Positions 48,454-59,015 are shown, numbered from the stretch's first letter. The stretch is 64,000 nucleotides of DNA from Veleropilina oligotropha (GCA_048128005.1 JBEUKZ010000129.1:124001-188000); one strand, 5' to 3'. Notes: generated from the sequence alone by a model not told the origin. A program made the numbers and translations.

Positions 48454-49086
48454 ATGGACAACACACCCTCAGCGCCAATGCTGTACCCACAGCTTGGTGG
48501 CGATGGGATTTCGGAACTGCATGAGGCACAGTCCTTCCGACTACAGAAAGTGAATGAGCTTCAGGGACAATTAGAACGAGAGAGGGACACACGGGCTGCA
48601 TTATATAAAAAGTACCGACGAGGTGTTAACGTCGTTGACGGGATAGATAACGGGCTAGTCGTCGCGACCCTTGGTATGGGTAGCGCCGGCATTGGTCTAC
48701 TGTCCACAATCGTTGCGGCCCCAGTGGTCCTAGTGCTGGAATTAGCGGCATTAGGGTGTGGGCTCGCCAGCATGGGTGGAAAGTACATTAGCCGACGCCT
48801 CGGGGTTAAGGCTAAGAAACACGACGAAATTCGAGTCCTGGCCGACAGCAAGCTGAATACCATAACCGACCACGTCTCAAAGGCCTTAGCGGACGGGGTG
48901 ATGTCTGATGATGAATTCCAACTGGTCACAGGGGAGATGGAGAAATACCAAGCCATGAAGGCATCAATTCGGGATAAGAGTAGGAAGGCGCACACCGCGA
49001 TTTCACAGACCCAGAGCGAGCTTATTGAGCGTGGTCGTAAAGAGGGTCGCGCAGAGCTGCTGAAAAAAATCGGAGCTGGCGACTAA
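48454..49086 (+). CDS. Two-TM coiled-coil protein with N-terminal PSAP and LYPQL motifs
   Basis: MDNTPSAPMLYPQL; Gly-rich hydrophobic hairpin GLVVATLGMGSAGIGLLSTIVAAPVVLVLELAALGCGLA; helical C-terminus. Confidence 0.85.
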   Translation: MDNTPSAPMLYPQLGGDGISELHEAQSFRLQKVNELQGQLERERDTRAALYKKYRRGVNVVDGIDNGLVVATLGMGSAGIGLLSTIVAAPVVLVLELAALGCGLASMGGKYISRRLGVKAKKHDEIRVLADSKLNTITDHVSKALADGVMSDDEFQLVTGEMEKYQAMKASIRDKSRKAHTAISQTQSELIERGRKEGRAELLKKIGAGD

Positions 49087-49168
49087 CTATCCAGGTTGAG
49101 CGTAGCCACGACTACCCCGCTCCTCCCCCGTATTAAAGCTAGAAATCGACAGTGATATCTGGACAACC

Positions 49169-49588
49169 ATGAAATCTATGCTACTGTGCATTGTCGCGGT
49201 GTGCTGGCTAGGGGGTGTCTCTACCCAGGCGTCGAGACACGACACTGCATTAATTCTGGAACATACGTGGGCTATGTACCGAAATCATCCCAGGTATAAC
49301 GCCCGATTTGACCCCTTGCGTAGAAACTTGCTTCTTCGCCCGGGACACCCCACCCCTGATGTCTCCCCACCCTCGTGCCACTATTTTATTATCGGAGAAA
49401 ATGACTGTAGCCCTGCCACACCCCCAGATACTGTCACATGTGTCCAGTGTTCGACCCCCTCCTTATGTCCTGGCAAGAATGGGGAGTATTATACCATGCT
49501 GTCTGGCTGCTTCGGTGTGTGGAGAAAGATCGGGCACATCTCGCCCTGTAATTGCACTTTAATATCGGGCAACTATATATTCATATAA
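49169..49588 (+). CDS. Secreted Cys-rich protein, possible cystine-knot (IL-17-like) fold
   Basis: Signal peptide MKSMLLCIVAVCWLGGVST. Eight Cys in the mature C-terminal half, ending W......I..CNC. Confidence 0.7.
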   Translation: MKSMLLCIVAVCWLGGVSTQASRHDTALILEHTWAMYRNHPRYNARFDPLRRNLLLRPGHPTPDVSPPSCHYFIIGENDCSPATPPDTVTCVQCSTPSLCPGKNGEYYTMLSGCFGVWRKIGHISPCNCTLISGNYIFI

Positions 49589-50374
49589 AACAGCTGCTTG
49601 GGAAATCTCTTGCCTTGCCTTACACTATTTTCAGGTCACAGCTGTTTATATAAATATTTTTCAGGTCGACGAGAGCGACCTTTGTCCGATTTATGAATGA
49701 AATACCTCGCATCAATAAGTTATTGTTTGCGTGGAATGCCTAGTCGAACCTGGTCACGTGTAGTATTAATACAGCCTGCCGGCTGTCCATTGTTGACTAT
49801 CCAGTACAGCCTCAATTACTTGAAACCATGAAACAATAGACGCCTAATGGATTTCTCAGTGGGTAAGAATATAAACGCTTGGCCTATCAAGCCATGTCTT
49901 TACAAATATCTGGTCGCGCCTACCGTTCCATTGTTCTCTCGCTGCTATCACAAGCTGGCTGACCTAGATTTTGTCTAACGCATTTCTCGTAGCAAAGAAG
50001 TCGCAAGCTGTCGTATACGTATTTAGCTGTTGGTGACCCAGAAAAAAAACATTTTGGCACAGTTAGAAAATCTTGGTCCCCAAGATTCCGTTTAGCACAG
50101 AAAAATGTTTTCGGTCCCCGTGTTTACATGGTGGACAGTAATCCTGTGGACTCATCGTCACGTGGCAATGAGTTTCTAGAATAATCACAGATCGTCAACA
50201 AGTTGGGAAAGCTTCTAGAAAGAACCGAGCGTCAGAAGTTATATATGGGAATGTGGCAATAAACTGATCTAGAAGGCTGTAGAAGGCTGGAGGGGGATTA
50301 GTGATATGAGTTTCGGCCGAAATGTCCACAGGTAAGTGTTTTAATTTAATTTACTATTCTAAGCTACCCTAATT

Positions 50375-50654
50375 TGTACACACGGTGACTTTTTGCAATA
50401 CAATCCCTACCCTCAGTCCCGAAATAGGGCTGGGAGCCCCCACCCCCAGGCCCCACCCTAACTCCATAGTTCCCCTCAGTAATACCAGCTCAGTTCTGAA
50501 ATGGTGCTGGGAGCCGTATTTTCCCATTCTAAAAAGTCCAATCACCCTCCCTGCTGCTGGGTTGAGATCCATATTAATTCTGAAAAGGTGCTGGCAGCCT
50601 TAATTTCCCTCGCCGCGCCCCCACATAAAAGGTATGGTCACCCCCCCTGCTGCT
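50375..50654 (-). repeat. Right terminal inverted repeat
   Basis: Reverse complement of 34012-34298. Ends ...GGTCACCCCCCCTGCTGCT. Confidence 0.93.
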
Positions 50655-51132
50655 CTAGGACTTAGTATTGAATGAATGTTTCAGCAAATCGGTATTTCTC
50701 ATTTGTGTTATGGCGCATAAACACATCAAGTTTCGTGTCCCTCGGTCAAATAGTATGGCGGATATGAAGCGGAATGGAATTTTGGGCCAAATGCGGTCAA
50801 GTCCAAAAATTAGGTTGCAGTGACCTACTTTCGGTATGTGACACACCTTTGCATTATGATGCATACACACATCAAGTTTCATGTCCAACGGTCAAATAGT
50901 ATGGGAAATATGGAGCGGAAGGGAATTTTGGATCAAGTTCAGTCAACCATGAAAAGTAGGTAATGGTGACCTACTTTCAGTATGCGACACACCTTTGGGT
51001 TATGAAGCATGCACACATCAAGTTTCGTGTCCCTCAGTCAAATAGTATAGGAGATATGGAGCGGAAGATAATTTTGGATTCAGTGGTCATGCAGGAAAAA
51101 TGAGGTTTTTAAGTAAACCTAATATTAGTATA

Positions 51133-51337
51133 AAACATACTTACGTCCTTACTCTTGCCATAATAGTCATATTATCGCCAACCGGAAACAGTGAATAAAC
51201 TCACATTTATGCACTTATTAAGTCAAAACACACCACGATCACCTCCCCTGCTCCCCCTCTTCAAGTTCCCCCGGCGAGATCTCGCCAAGTCTCGCGAGAT
51301 ATCCGAGCTCGAGATCACAAGACCTCAATTCAAAGTT
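51133..51337 (+). repeat. DIRS 3' inverted terminal repeat
   Basis: Reverse complement of 58180-58384, one mismatch seen. Confidence 0.93.
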
Positions 51338-51399
51338 CAGAACCCCAAAGGAACTTAGTAAGAGGGGAGGAATGCGAAAGCGCAGGGTGGGTAATCGTG

Positions 51400-51490
51400 G
51401 TAAGGACGTAAGTATGTTTTATACTAATATTAGGTTTACTTAAAAACCTCATATGTAGTTACAAACATACTTACGTCCTTACTCTTGCCA
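51400..51490. repeat. DIRS internal complementary region (ICR)
   Basis: Joins the reverse complement of the left terminus (...TTAAAAACCTCAT) to that of the right terminus (ATATGTAGTTACAAAC...). Confidence 0.92.
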
Positions 51491-52369
51491 GAATGACCTT
51501 GGATAGGTGGGTAAGAAGTTCCTTACAACAAACCCAAACAAGATTATGACTTACTTTCACCATCTCAATCAGCATGAAGCGTCGATTGTGTCCGCCCAGA
51601 GTGGAATCTACTGAGTATTATATTCCACTCTTACCAGGCGAGAATCTCGACCAGTGAAACCGGGAGAATACGCCGTGGTGTTAGTCGGACGAGGTGAACG
51701 GAAGTGCAATCAGCCCCAGGCACGGCCGGAAGGATTATCCTTGTAGGTCTTACGTGTCATGGGCCAGTGGCAGCCAACTGGTACTCCGGGCCATAGGCCG
51801 GTAGCCAGAGGAAGCAGTCGGATTTGTAGGCACATGGAACCTAATAGTTAGGCTGTGAATACAACAAATCTTAAGCAAATAATTAATAGATTATAATAAA
51901 TAATCGATATTAATAAGTAATTCGCATGACCAACTTGCGAATAGCTAACATGAGTACATGTTACTTAAAATAAATTTTAAGGAAGCAAACATTAAAAAAA
52001 TTTTCAATGTCTTGAACATCGGATGTTCTGTAACAGCATAGAAAACATCAATAATATTGAACCTTAAAATCCTATAAGACTTTTTGCAATATAAATGTTT
52101 ATTAAATTCAATGTGAACTGGCCTGTCAAAATACTCAGGTATGACATGAAAGTATCAAGATCTTAAAATGTTTTTAAGAAATGAACATACATTGAATCGC
52201 CTTATAATGTGTCTATTTCATAGAACAGCTAGGCATGCCAAATAACATTGCGTCAGCACGAAGTATTTTAATTGATTAATCAAGAAACAATACTGACTGA
52301 TTAGACGACCTTTGTCTAATAATACATCGTTGAGTAGTTACCCATTGTAGACTGCTCAACCCATCAGCC

Positions 52370-53290
52370 CCATGGTATAATCCCGCAGGAAATGCTTAAC
52401 AAAGACATTTCTAGAAGCAACGCTGAGAAGTTTAGCTGCGAATGCACGGACCTCGTGCGCGCGGACCGATACAAAATAGTGCGGCCTACTTTTCACAGCG
52501 AGAGTATCTCTCACTACCTGTGAAAACCACCGCGAAACAGTCGTCTTCGTAATGTCGCGGATAGAAGGTAAATACGAATAAATTTATAGACGTAGTTTTC
52601 CCTGCCGCATATCACGGATCCTGTCGAGGTTATAAGGTCCACATTGTGTCTTCTGACCAGCGTAGCTTGGGGATAACGATATCAGGGGCGTCTCGTTCGG
52701 CCGTTGATTCTTGGCGAGGAAACCCAAGATATGACGCCGCATCACCGACCCGACTGACTGGAAACGAACGTCTCGTAGCTCTGCGGATAGACTATGAATT
52801 TCTGAACAACGCCTGCCCGACGCTAAGGCGATAAGAAACCGTTTCCAGTGCGCGTTAGATTTCTCATAGAAGCCGAGCATATAGGCTCGGTAGAGCGTTG
52901 AGTAGGAGGACGATGTTCTAGGCAGGCGGCCGTATCGGGCGGGTCGGCAATTCGAGTTCGTAGGATCGTATAAAAACCGAAATCGTTCGGTCGCTAGACA
53001 AGCGAACACGGGCACGGCACTGTTTTAACGTGGTCGCGACCGTTGCCCGATAGCCTTTGACGGCGGACACTGACATTCCGCGTTCGAAGAGCGACGATAG
53101 AACCCGATAAATTTGGTCACAGGGGGACAGAGAATATTGACCTGCCGGCTGTGACACCAATCCACGTACTTGACCCATCGGTAGTCATAAACTTTTGTCG
53201 TGGAAAGCCTTCTCGATCGGTAGATGCGTAGGGCTGTTGCGTGAGAAAATCCTTTCTTAGCAAGGGATCGTTCGATAACCGCCAGGCATG
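52370..53290 (-). pseudogene. Tyrosine recombinase, frameshifted and deleted
   Basis: RRLSTTKVYDYRW..Y..WC, AVKGYRATV, FLIALASGRRCSEIHSL, GFLAKNQ, RAHEVRAFAA, F.KHFLRD, spread over different frames. Confidence 0.85.
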
Positions 53291-55399
53291 TAAACGTAAG
53301 TCGTTCGGCGATGGATGTAGTACACGGGTGCGCGGCTGCATTAACAGGTCCGGTTTCTGCGGGAGCGCTAACGGTCGATCGACGATCAGATCGAGGAGGG
53401 TCGGAAACCAAGGTTGCGTGCGATACAGGGGCGCGATTAGCGTTATCTCGCAACGTTCGTTCGATGCCTTCTGTAATACCAGTGTCAGAATGCACGACGG
53501 GGGGAAGGCATACGCGGACAGATTCTCCCATGTCATTGACAGTGCGTCGACCGCTAGGGCGGCCGGGTCCGGGTACGGGGAGACATACAGAGGTAGTCGG
53601 TAATTGAATTCTGTTGCAAACAGATCGACTAGGGGTTGTGACCACCGGCGACAAACGTCCCGAGCTACTCGGCTGTGTAGCGTCCACTCTGTGTGTATTA
53701 TCTGTGATTTCCGAGAGAGCGAGTCCGCTCTGACATTCAGCTTTCCCGGGATGTGTCGGGCTCGAATCGTCGAGTTGAGGGACATCCCTAGGCGGTGTAG
53801 GTCTATTGCTCGGTCGCAAAGGGGACGCGAGCGAGTGCCGCCCTGGTGCTGGATGTAAGCGACGACAGTCGTGTTGTCCGTGGCGAGCATTATGTGCTTG
53901 TTGCGGAGATGTGACGAGAGGGACCGTACTGACAGGTAGACGGCTTCTAACTCTAGGAAGTTGATATGTCGTCCCTGAAGGTCCGTCGGCCATAGGCCTG
54001 ATGTCTCGTAACTGTCGAGGTGACCACCCCAGCCGTCGTTCGAAGCGTCTGTGAACAGGTAAGCGTTCGGCTCTGGCGGGGATATAGGAACCGACTGGTC
54101 CGGCAAAGCAGGGTTCAACCACACTGCTGTCGTGTTGGTAAACCAATGCCGAAGATCGATGCGATCCGTCCACTGCCCCGTCCGTTGTATCCAGCGATCC
54201 CTGAACGCCTGTTGTAACGGTCGTTTGTCCATGCGACCCGTCGGTAGCAGGGTCGCTACCGACTCGATGTGCCCCAGGACAGTGGCCAGTTGTCGCGCTG
54301 TAGTTATGTCCGATGACAGGGTGTCTTGGATAACCGCGCGTAGGTTCCGCATACGTTTCTGGGTCGGTTTCGCGGTGTACCAGACCGTATCGAAGTCGAC
54401 TCCAAGGAACGTAAACGTCGTCGAGGGCACGAAGCAGGATTTTGTCTCGTTGATCTGAAATCCCAGGCGCTTCGTCGATGACAGGGTAAAGCTCGTAGAC
54501 CGGAGGCACAGATCCCGGGACGCCCGGAGGATCAGCCAGTCGTCGAGGTACATATGTACCCTGTGCCCTAGAGAGTGTAGGAAGGCTCCGAGGGCCTGTA
54601 CTGTTCTCGTGAAGACGTACGGGGCTGACGATAGACCGAACGGTAGGCACCTGAATTGGTAGATCGTCTCCCCGTGTATAAACCGAAGGTACTGATGAGC
54701 CGTGATATGCATCGGGACATGCAGATACGCGTCGGTCAGATCGATAGACGCTGCCCAGTCTCCCGGACGGATGGCCGCTCGTATCTTCGAGAGGGTTTCT
54801 TGCTGGAATTTCTCGGTGCGAAGATATCGGTTGAGATGCGAGAGATCGAGGATCGGTCGCCAGCGGCCATCGGGTTTCGGGACCAGGAAGAAATGGCTGT
54901 AAAATCCTGGTGTGCTGGGCGGCGCGGGATATATCGCTCTTTTTAGGAGCAAATCCCGCACTGCCTGGTCTAAGACCGCTTGTTTCTCTCCGTTTAGGAG
55001 GCGAGCGTGTCTTGGTGGTGGTGCCTCGGTTAGGGTCGGATGCCGGTTGAATGCCAACTGGTATCCGGCACTCACGACTAAGTGGACCCAGCTGCTGTCT
55101 GTCAGCTCTAGCCACGACTGGCTGTACGCTAACAGACACGCTCCCACCGGCGGAAGCGGACAGCTGGGACCGTCGCGAATGCCGGCAGCCCTAGGGCCGA
55201 GGCTTCCCTCTCCCGCTCTGCTTACGGGGTTTCGCTGGAGGTGCTCACCTCGTCTGAGTGGGTTTATTGGCCGGAGGCCTACCACCCGAAGAGGGCTTCG
55301 CACGCTTGGAAGGCTTCGGGGTCCGGGTGGGCCCTGAGCGCTTCCTCGAGTCGGCAGGTGGACCCCGGGTAGGGTGCAGTACCGCCTTCTCGATGGCAC
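53117..55399 (-). CDS. DIRS pol: reverse transcriptase, RNase H and methyltransferase-like domain
   Basis: FLVPKPDGRWRPILDL, LPFGLSSAP, YLDD, LFTDAS, HINFLELEA, TDN, HIPGKLNVRADSLSR, DLFA...YAFPP. Confidence 0.95.
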   Translation of the reverse strand: MPSRRRYCTLPGVHLPTRGSAQGPPGPRSLPSVRSPLRVVGLRPINPLRRGEHLQRNPVSRAGEGSLGPRAAGIRDGPSCPLPPVGACLLAYSQSWLELTDSSWVHLVVSAGYQLAFNRHPTLTEAPPPRHARLLNGEKQAVLDQAVRDLLLKRAIYPAPPSTPGFYSHFFLVPKPDGRWRPILDLSHLNRYLRTEKFQQETLSKIRAAIRPGDWAASIDLTDAYLHVPMHITAHQYLRFIHGETIYQFRCLPFGLSSAPYVFTRTVQALGAFLHSLGHRVHMYLDDWLILRASRDLCLRSTSFTLSSTKRLGFQINETKSCFVPSTTFTFLGVDFDTVWYTAKPTQKRMRNLRAVIQDTLSSDITTARQLATVLGHIESVATLLPTGRMDKRPLQQAFRDRWIQRTGQWTDRIDLRHWFTNTTAVWLNPALPDQSVPISPPEPNAYLFTDASNDGWGGHLDSYETSGLWPTDLQGRHINFLELEAVYLSVRSLSSHLRNKHIMLATDNTTVVAYIQHQGGTRSRPLCDRAIDLHRLGMSLNSTIRARHIPGKLNVRADSLSRKSQIIHTEWTLHSRVARDVCRRWSQPLVDLFATEFNYRLPLYVSPYPDPAALAVDALSMTWENLSAYAFPPSCILTLVLQKASNERCEITLIAPLYRTQPWFPTLLDLIVDRPLALPQKPDLLMQPRTRVLHPSPNDLRLHAWRLSNDPLLRKDFLTQQPYASTDREGFPRQKFMTTDGSSTWIGVTAGRSIFSVPL

Positions 55400-57443
55400 G
55401 GTCCTTCATGTCCGCCGCTCTCTTGTCGACGAACTCCGTAAAGTTGTCGCCAAAAAGAGTGGTGGCCGAGCAAGGCACGCATCGCAACGAGAGCTGGGTG
55501 GCCTCGTCTAGCGAGGTGCCTTCCAGGCAAGCATCCCTACGAAGTAGGAGTGCATTGCCCAGGACACGTCCCGTCTCCAACGCGCTGGTCTCCTGTGCGG
55601 CAGCAACCTCCTGAAGGAAGGACAGGGCAGCCTCGCGGGCGCCGGGTCCTTCCTCCTGTAGTACGGCTATCGCCCCATCCAGGAAAAAATCCTGAACGGA
55701 CGACAACCGCAGAGCCCGTCGGGCGGCGCTCTCGAAAGCTTCCAAGGCGGACCAAGGAACTTTCGCCACGGAGGGAGTGTGACTGGCGGTCAGTCGACGC
55801 AACGCTGCGTCGACATGAGCCGGCTCAGTCGCCAGGCACGGACCAGTACAAGCGAACGGGATCGCTCGCGCACTGGCCCGGAGGTACCTCCCACTACGGA
55901 ACCCCGAAGGGAACTCGGTCAGCGGGGAGGACTCCACCGGATTGCGCCCCTGTATGAGCTTGGTCGTCGAGTCGACCACCAGATCGACCAGCCCAGACTG
56001 AGGTAAGGAGGGAAGCACGGGGGCTTCCCTCTCAACAAACCGATGTGCTGCCGTCCTGTGCTTGGCTGAACCTACGGCCGACCGAGTCGGTTCTGGCAGG
56101 CCAAGCACCCCGCGAAGTGACGCAACGGCGTCGAGCCTTCGGCGGGTGGAGGAGGTCGGCTCCTGCGTGCCTGAAAGACTTGCGTCTTCGGGCCCGACCG
56201 ATTCAGGGAGGTCGGAGTGATTTGAACCGAGGTCCTCGTCGGAACGAGGGTCGATCGCCATCACGGAGGCAGGAGCCGTGCTCTGCGCCAGGGGCAGATA
56301 TGTAGGTACCAGGCGCGGCTGGGGAGCCGTCGGCCAGGCATTACATTGTTCCTCGAACCCCGCCGCGATCCATGCCTGGACGTTCTCCAAAGAGAAACCC
56401 TGAGGCAGGACGGGCGTCGAACTAACAGCCGGTAGTTCTGTCGAGGATACCGTGGCGCTAGGTAGACGGGCTGCACGGACAGGTGGTCCCGAGAACCAGG
56501 GTCTCGGGTCACGTGTCAAGCGGTCGAACCCGAACGACTGGCCCGAAGGCGCAGTCAGTGGGCCGGACGACCGGTAGGACTGCGGCAACAGTCCGTATCG
56601 GTCTACCGCTCTGTTCGCGAGAGGCACGGTCGGAAAACCGCCGTAGAACCCCTCACCGAACGCAGCCGGTCTGTCCTCGTTCTCTAGCGTGACCATCGTG
56701 GGTGCACGGGAGAGACCGGGCCCTCTGAAAGACTCGTGAGCATCGAGGTTGAGCGGAAAACCCCTCGGGGTAGTCGCGTCGGTCTCGACCGAGGATTCAG
56801 GTGTCGCCAATTGTCCGGATCTTAGACCATCGAAATGGTGTCTGGCCTCTTTAAAGGCTTTCTCATTGGGTCGCTCCCCGTCGTTAAACGGAGAGTTTCC
56901 CGCAGAAGGACTAACGTTCCCCGGATTCTTCGAGGCCGAAGAATAGGAGGGGGATCGTCTGCCCTGCTCAGCTGTTCGCTGCGCTGCCAGATATACCTTG
57001 CTAGCCGGCAAGGTATGGTTGGCTGCAGTTACTAGGCCCGTTTGAGGAGGATCGAACAGCACTCGGGCTTTTATTCTCCTACCTGAATCGGGGGTCCCGG
57101 CAAGGTTTCGGCGACTCCCCCATGAGTCGCGGAGGTTTCGCCAGTAGATCCGGCGACAGACGGTTTATAGGTCGACTGTCGTCCAGCGTCCCTGAAGAAG
57201 ACAAAAAAACGTTAATTCCCTTTAACCTACCATTTTGTCCCTTCTCCGGGGGAGAACCCACCGTGGTAACCGCTCTGGTCGGCTTCACTGGTGGAAATAA
57301 GATCGCCCACTGCCTCTCTGTTAAAACTAGGCACAGTTCACATTTATAAACTTACAGCAGTTACGGTGAACACGGCATTCCGTGTGCGTATCAAATTCCG
57401 TGAATCTTCTTTGGTTACACCCGGAGCTACTGCACCGGACCAT
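55245..57443 (-). pseudogene. DIRS gag-like ORF1 (N-terminal Zn finger separated by frameshifts from the 605-aa ORF 55245..57062)
   Basis: MVRC...C...DTHTEC.VH..C...C..C...W, then a low-complexity region and helical core ending LLLRRD...LFG. Confidence 0.8.
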
Positions 57444-58179
57444 AGCTGATACACGGGAGGGTGGTAGTGGGTGGACGGGGTAGATAAATAGGTATATATT
57501 TGGTAGTTGTGACATTTATCTACTACAACTCTTTAAATTGCCCTGATCTGAAGATCAAAGATCAAGCGATATACCGCAAAATAACCCCGAACTGGGGACA
57601 CCGAGGCCGGGTAATAAACCCGGCAAATTGACTAGAACAAACGGGGGTTCTTTCTTAGAAAAAACCGCCCAGGAAAACACCTGAAAACCTCGTGGATGTT
57701 TTTAAGTTAGTACAATGGCGTATTATCCCAGCAACGGCAGGATATCAGAATAACTAAAAGTGATATCTAAACAATCCTGCCTATTAACGACGCTAGAATT
57801 TTTATACAAAATTACCAGCAATAAGCGTCGTTAAGGAAATATCCAATATAATGAGTTACCTGTTTGCAGTCTCAAACAATATCAGATAAAAATACCGACC
57901 AGAAATTTCTTCTACTACACGAAACTTCCCCTCTAAGCGGCCATGCTTTTCCCTGCAACAGCGGCGATGTCGGTTTCACTTGATTTCCAGAACTTCTCGA
58001 AGTTTAGAATCACAATCTACACTATTCACTTGTGTTTATATATCCACAACACAGGGTATATTCCACAACTTATATTACGATATAAGTTTCTTAATTTAGC
58101 GTCCTCGATTTTAACATAAAAATCGCAGACAATTCGAAATATTTGCGGAGCAAAAACACGTCTTTCCGTCACGGCGGAA

Positions 58180-58384
58180 AACTTTGAATTGAGGTCTTGT
58201 GATCTCGAGCTCGGATATCTCGCGAGACTTGGCGAGATCTCGCCGGGGGAACTTGAAGAGGGGGAGCAGGGGAGGTGATCGTGGTGTGTTTTGACTTAAT
58301 AAGTGCATAAATGTGACTTTATTCACTGTTTCCGGTTGGCGATAATATGACTATTATGGCAAGAGTAAGGACGTAAGTATGTTT
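58180..58384 (-). repeat. DIRS 5' inverted terminal repeat
   Basis: Pairs with 51133-51337. Confidence 0.93.
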
Positions 58385-59015
58385 GTAACTACATATAGGT
58401 CGCGGTGACCTACTTTCGGTATGCGACACATCTTTGGGTTATGACACATGCACACATCAAGTTTCATGTCCCTAGGCGAAATAGTATCGGAGATATGGAG
58501 CGGAATGGAATTTTCAACATACCAACCGGCAAGCCGACTCCTATACGCCCCCCTAAACTTCGTTTGTGGGGGCATAATAATCAAGTATTCATTTCATATC
58601 ATCTTGATATATACTTAAAGACAAAAGAAACGCGACTGTAGTAGACCTATGAACTGTAACAGTTGTACTGTACAACCAACCAACAACTAAGAATGAGATT
58701 ATATCCAAAATGAGTTCAACAGCCATCAGATGAAGTCAAATATGATTTATTGTAAAAATAGTCATCTGCTTTTATGCGGATTATATCTTTATATTGAAAT
58801 ATTCAAAAGTCGCGTTTCTTTGTCCTTAAGTATATAACCTTTCGATTGAAACCAATCACGATTTCATATTAGAATCATGAATACGTAAATGACTACTGAC
58901 AAACACATTTAATTTAGTTGTTGGAAGAATTGTTTAATATAAGTCTATAATTATCCAAATATTATAAGTGCATTGACACAGTTCTACACGTATAAGCATC
59001 GAGTCTGTGTCATAC

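Larger units (their letters stand above)
34012..50654. mobile_element. Endogenous Polinton-like virus / Maverick-related element, 16,643 bp, complete with both termini
   Basis: TIRs starting AGCAGCAGGGGGGGTGACCATACC. CTAGG duplicated at 34007-34011 and 50655-50659. Compact, intronless, GC-rich gene array with integrase, packaging ATPase, capsid-like proteins and a PolB-helicase fusion. Confidence 0.93.
51100..58396 (-). mobile_element. DIRS1-type tyrosine-recombinase retrotransposon, full length, ~7.3 kb
   Basis: 205-bp ITRs, internal complementary region, overlapping gag / RT-RH-MT / YR frames. No TSD other than a shared AT. Confidence 0.95.
50690..58580. repeat. 146-bp tandem-repeat element (HINE-like) split by the DIRS insertion: 50690-51099 and 58397-58580
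   Basis: CACATCAAGTTTC.TGTCC recurs at ~50722, 50868, 51014 and 58452. Ends in the hairpin GCCCCC...TTCG...GGGGGC followed by ATAATAA. Confidence 0.75.

Noticed and set aside
34373..48995. Numerous antisense or shadow ORFs within the viral element (e.g. 35189..35971, 41721..42254, 44425..45024)
   Set aside because: Expected in GC-rich coding DNA. They overlap motif-bearing genes and show no motifs of their own.
34012..50654. Helitron or bacterial prophage/contamination interpretation
   Set aside because: The SF1 helicase has no HUH Rep domain. TIRs, TSD and DDE integrase fit Polinton-type integration, and a host-type MITE is nested inside, so the element is chromosomal.
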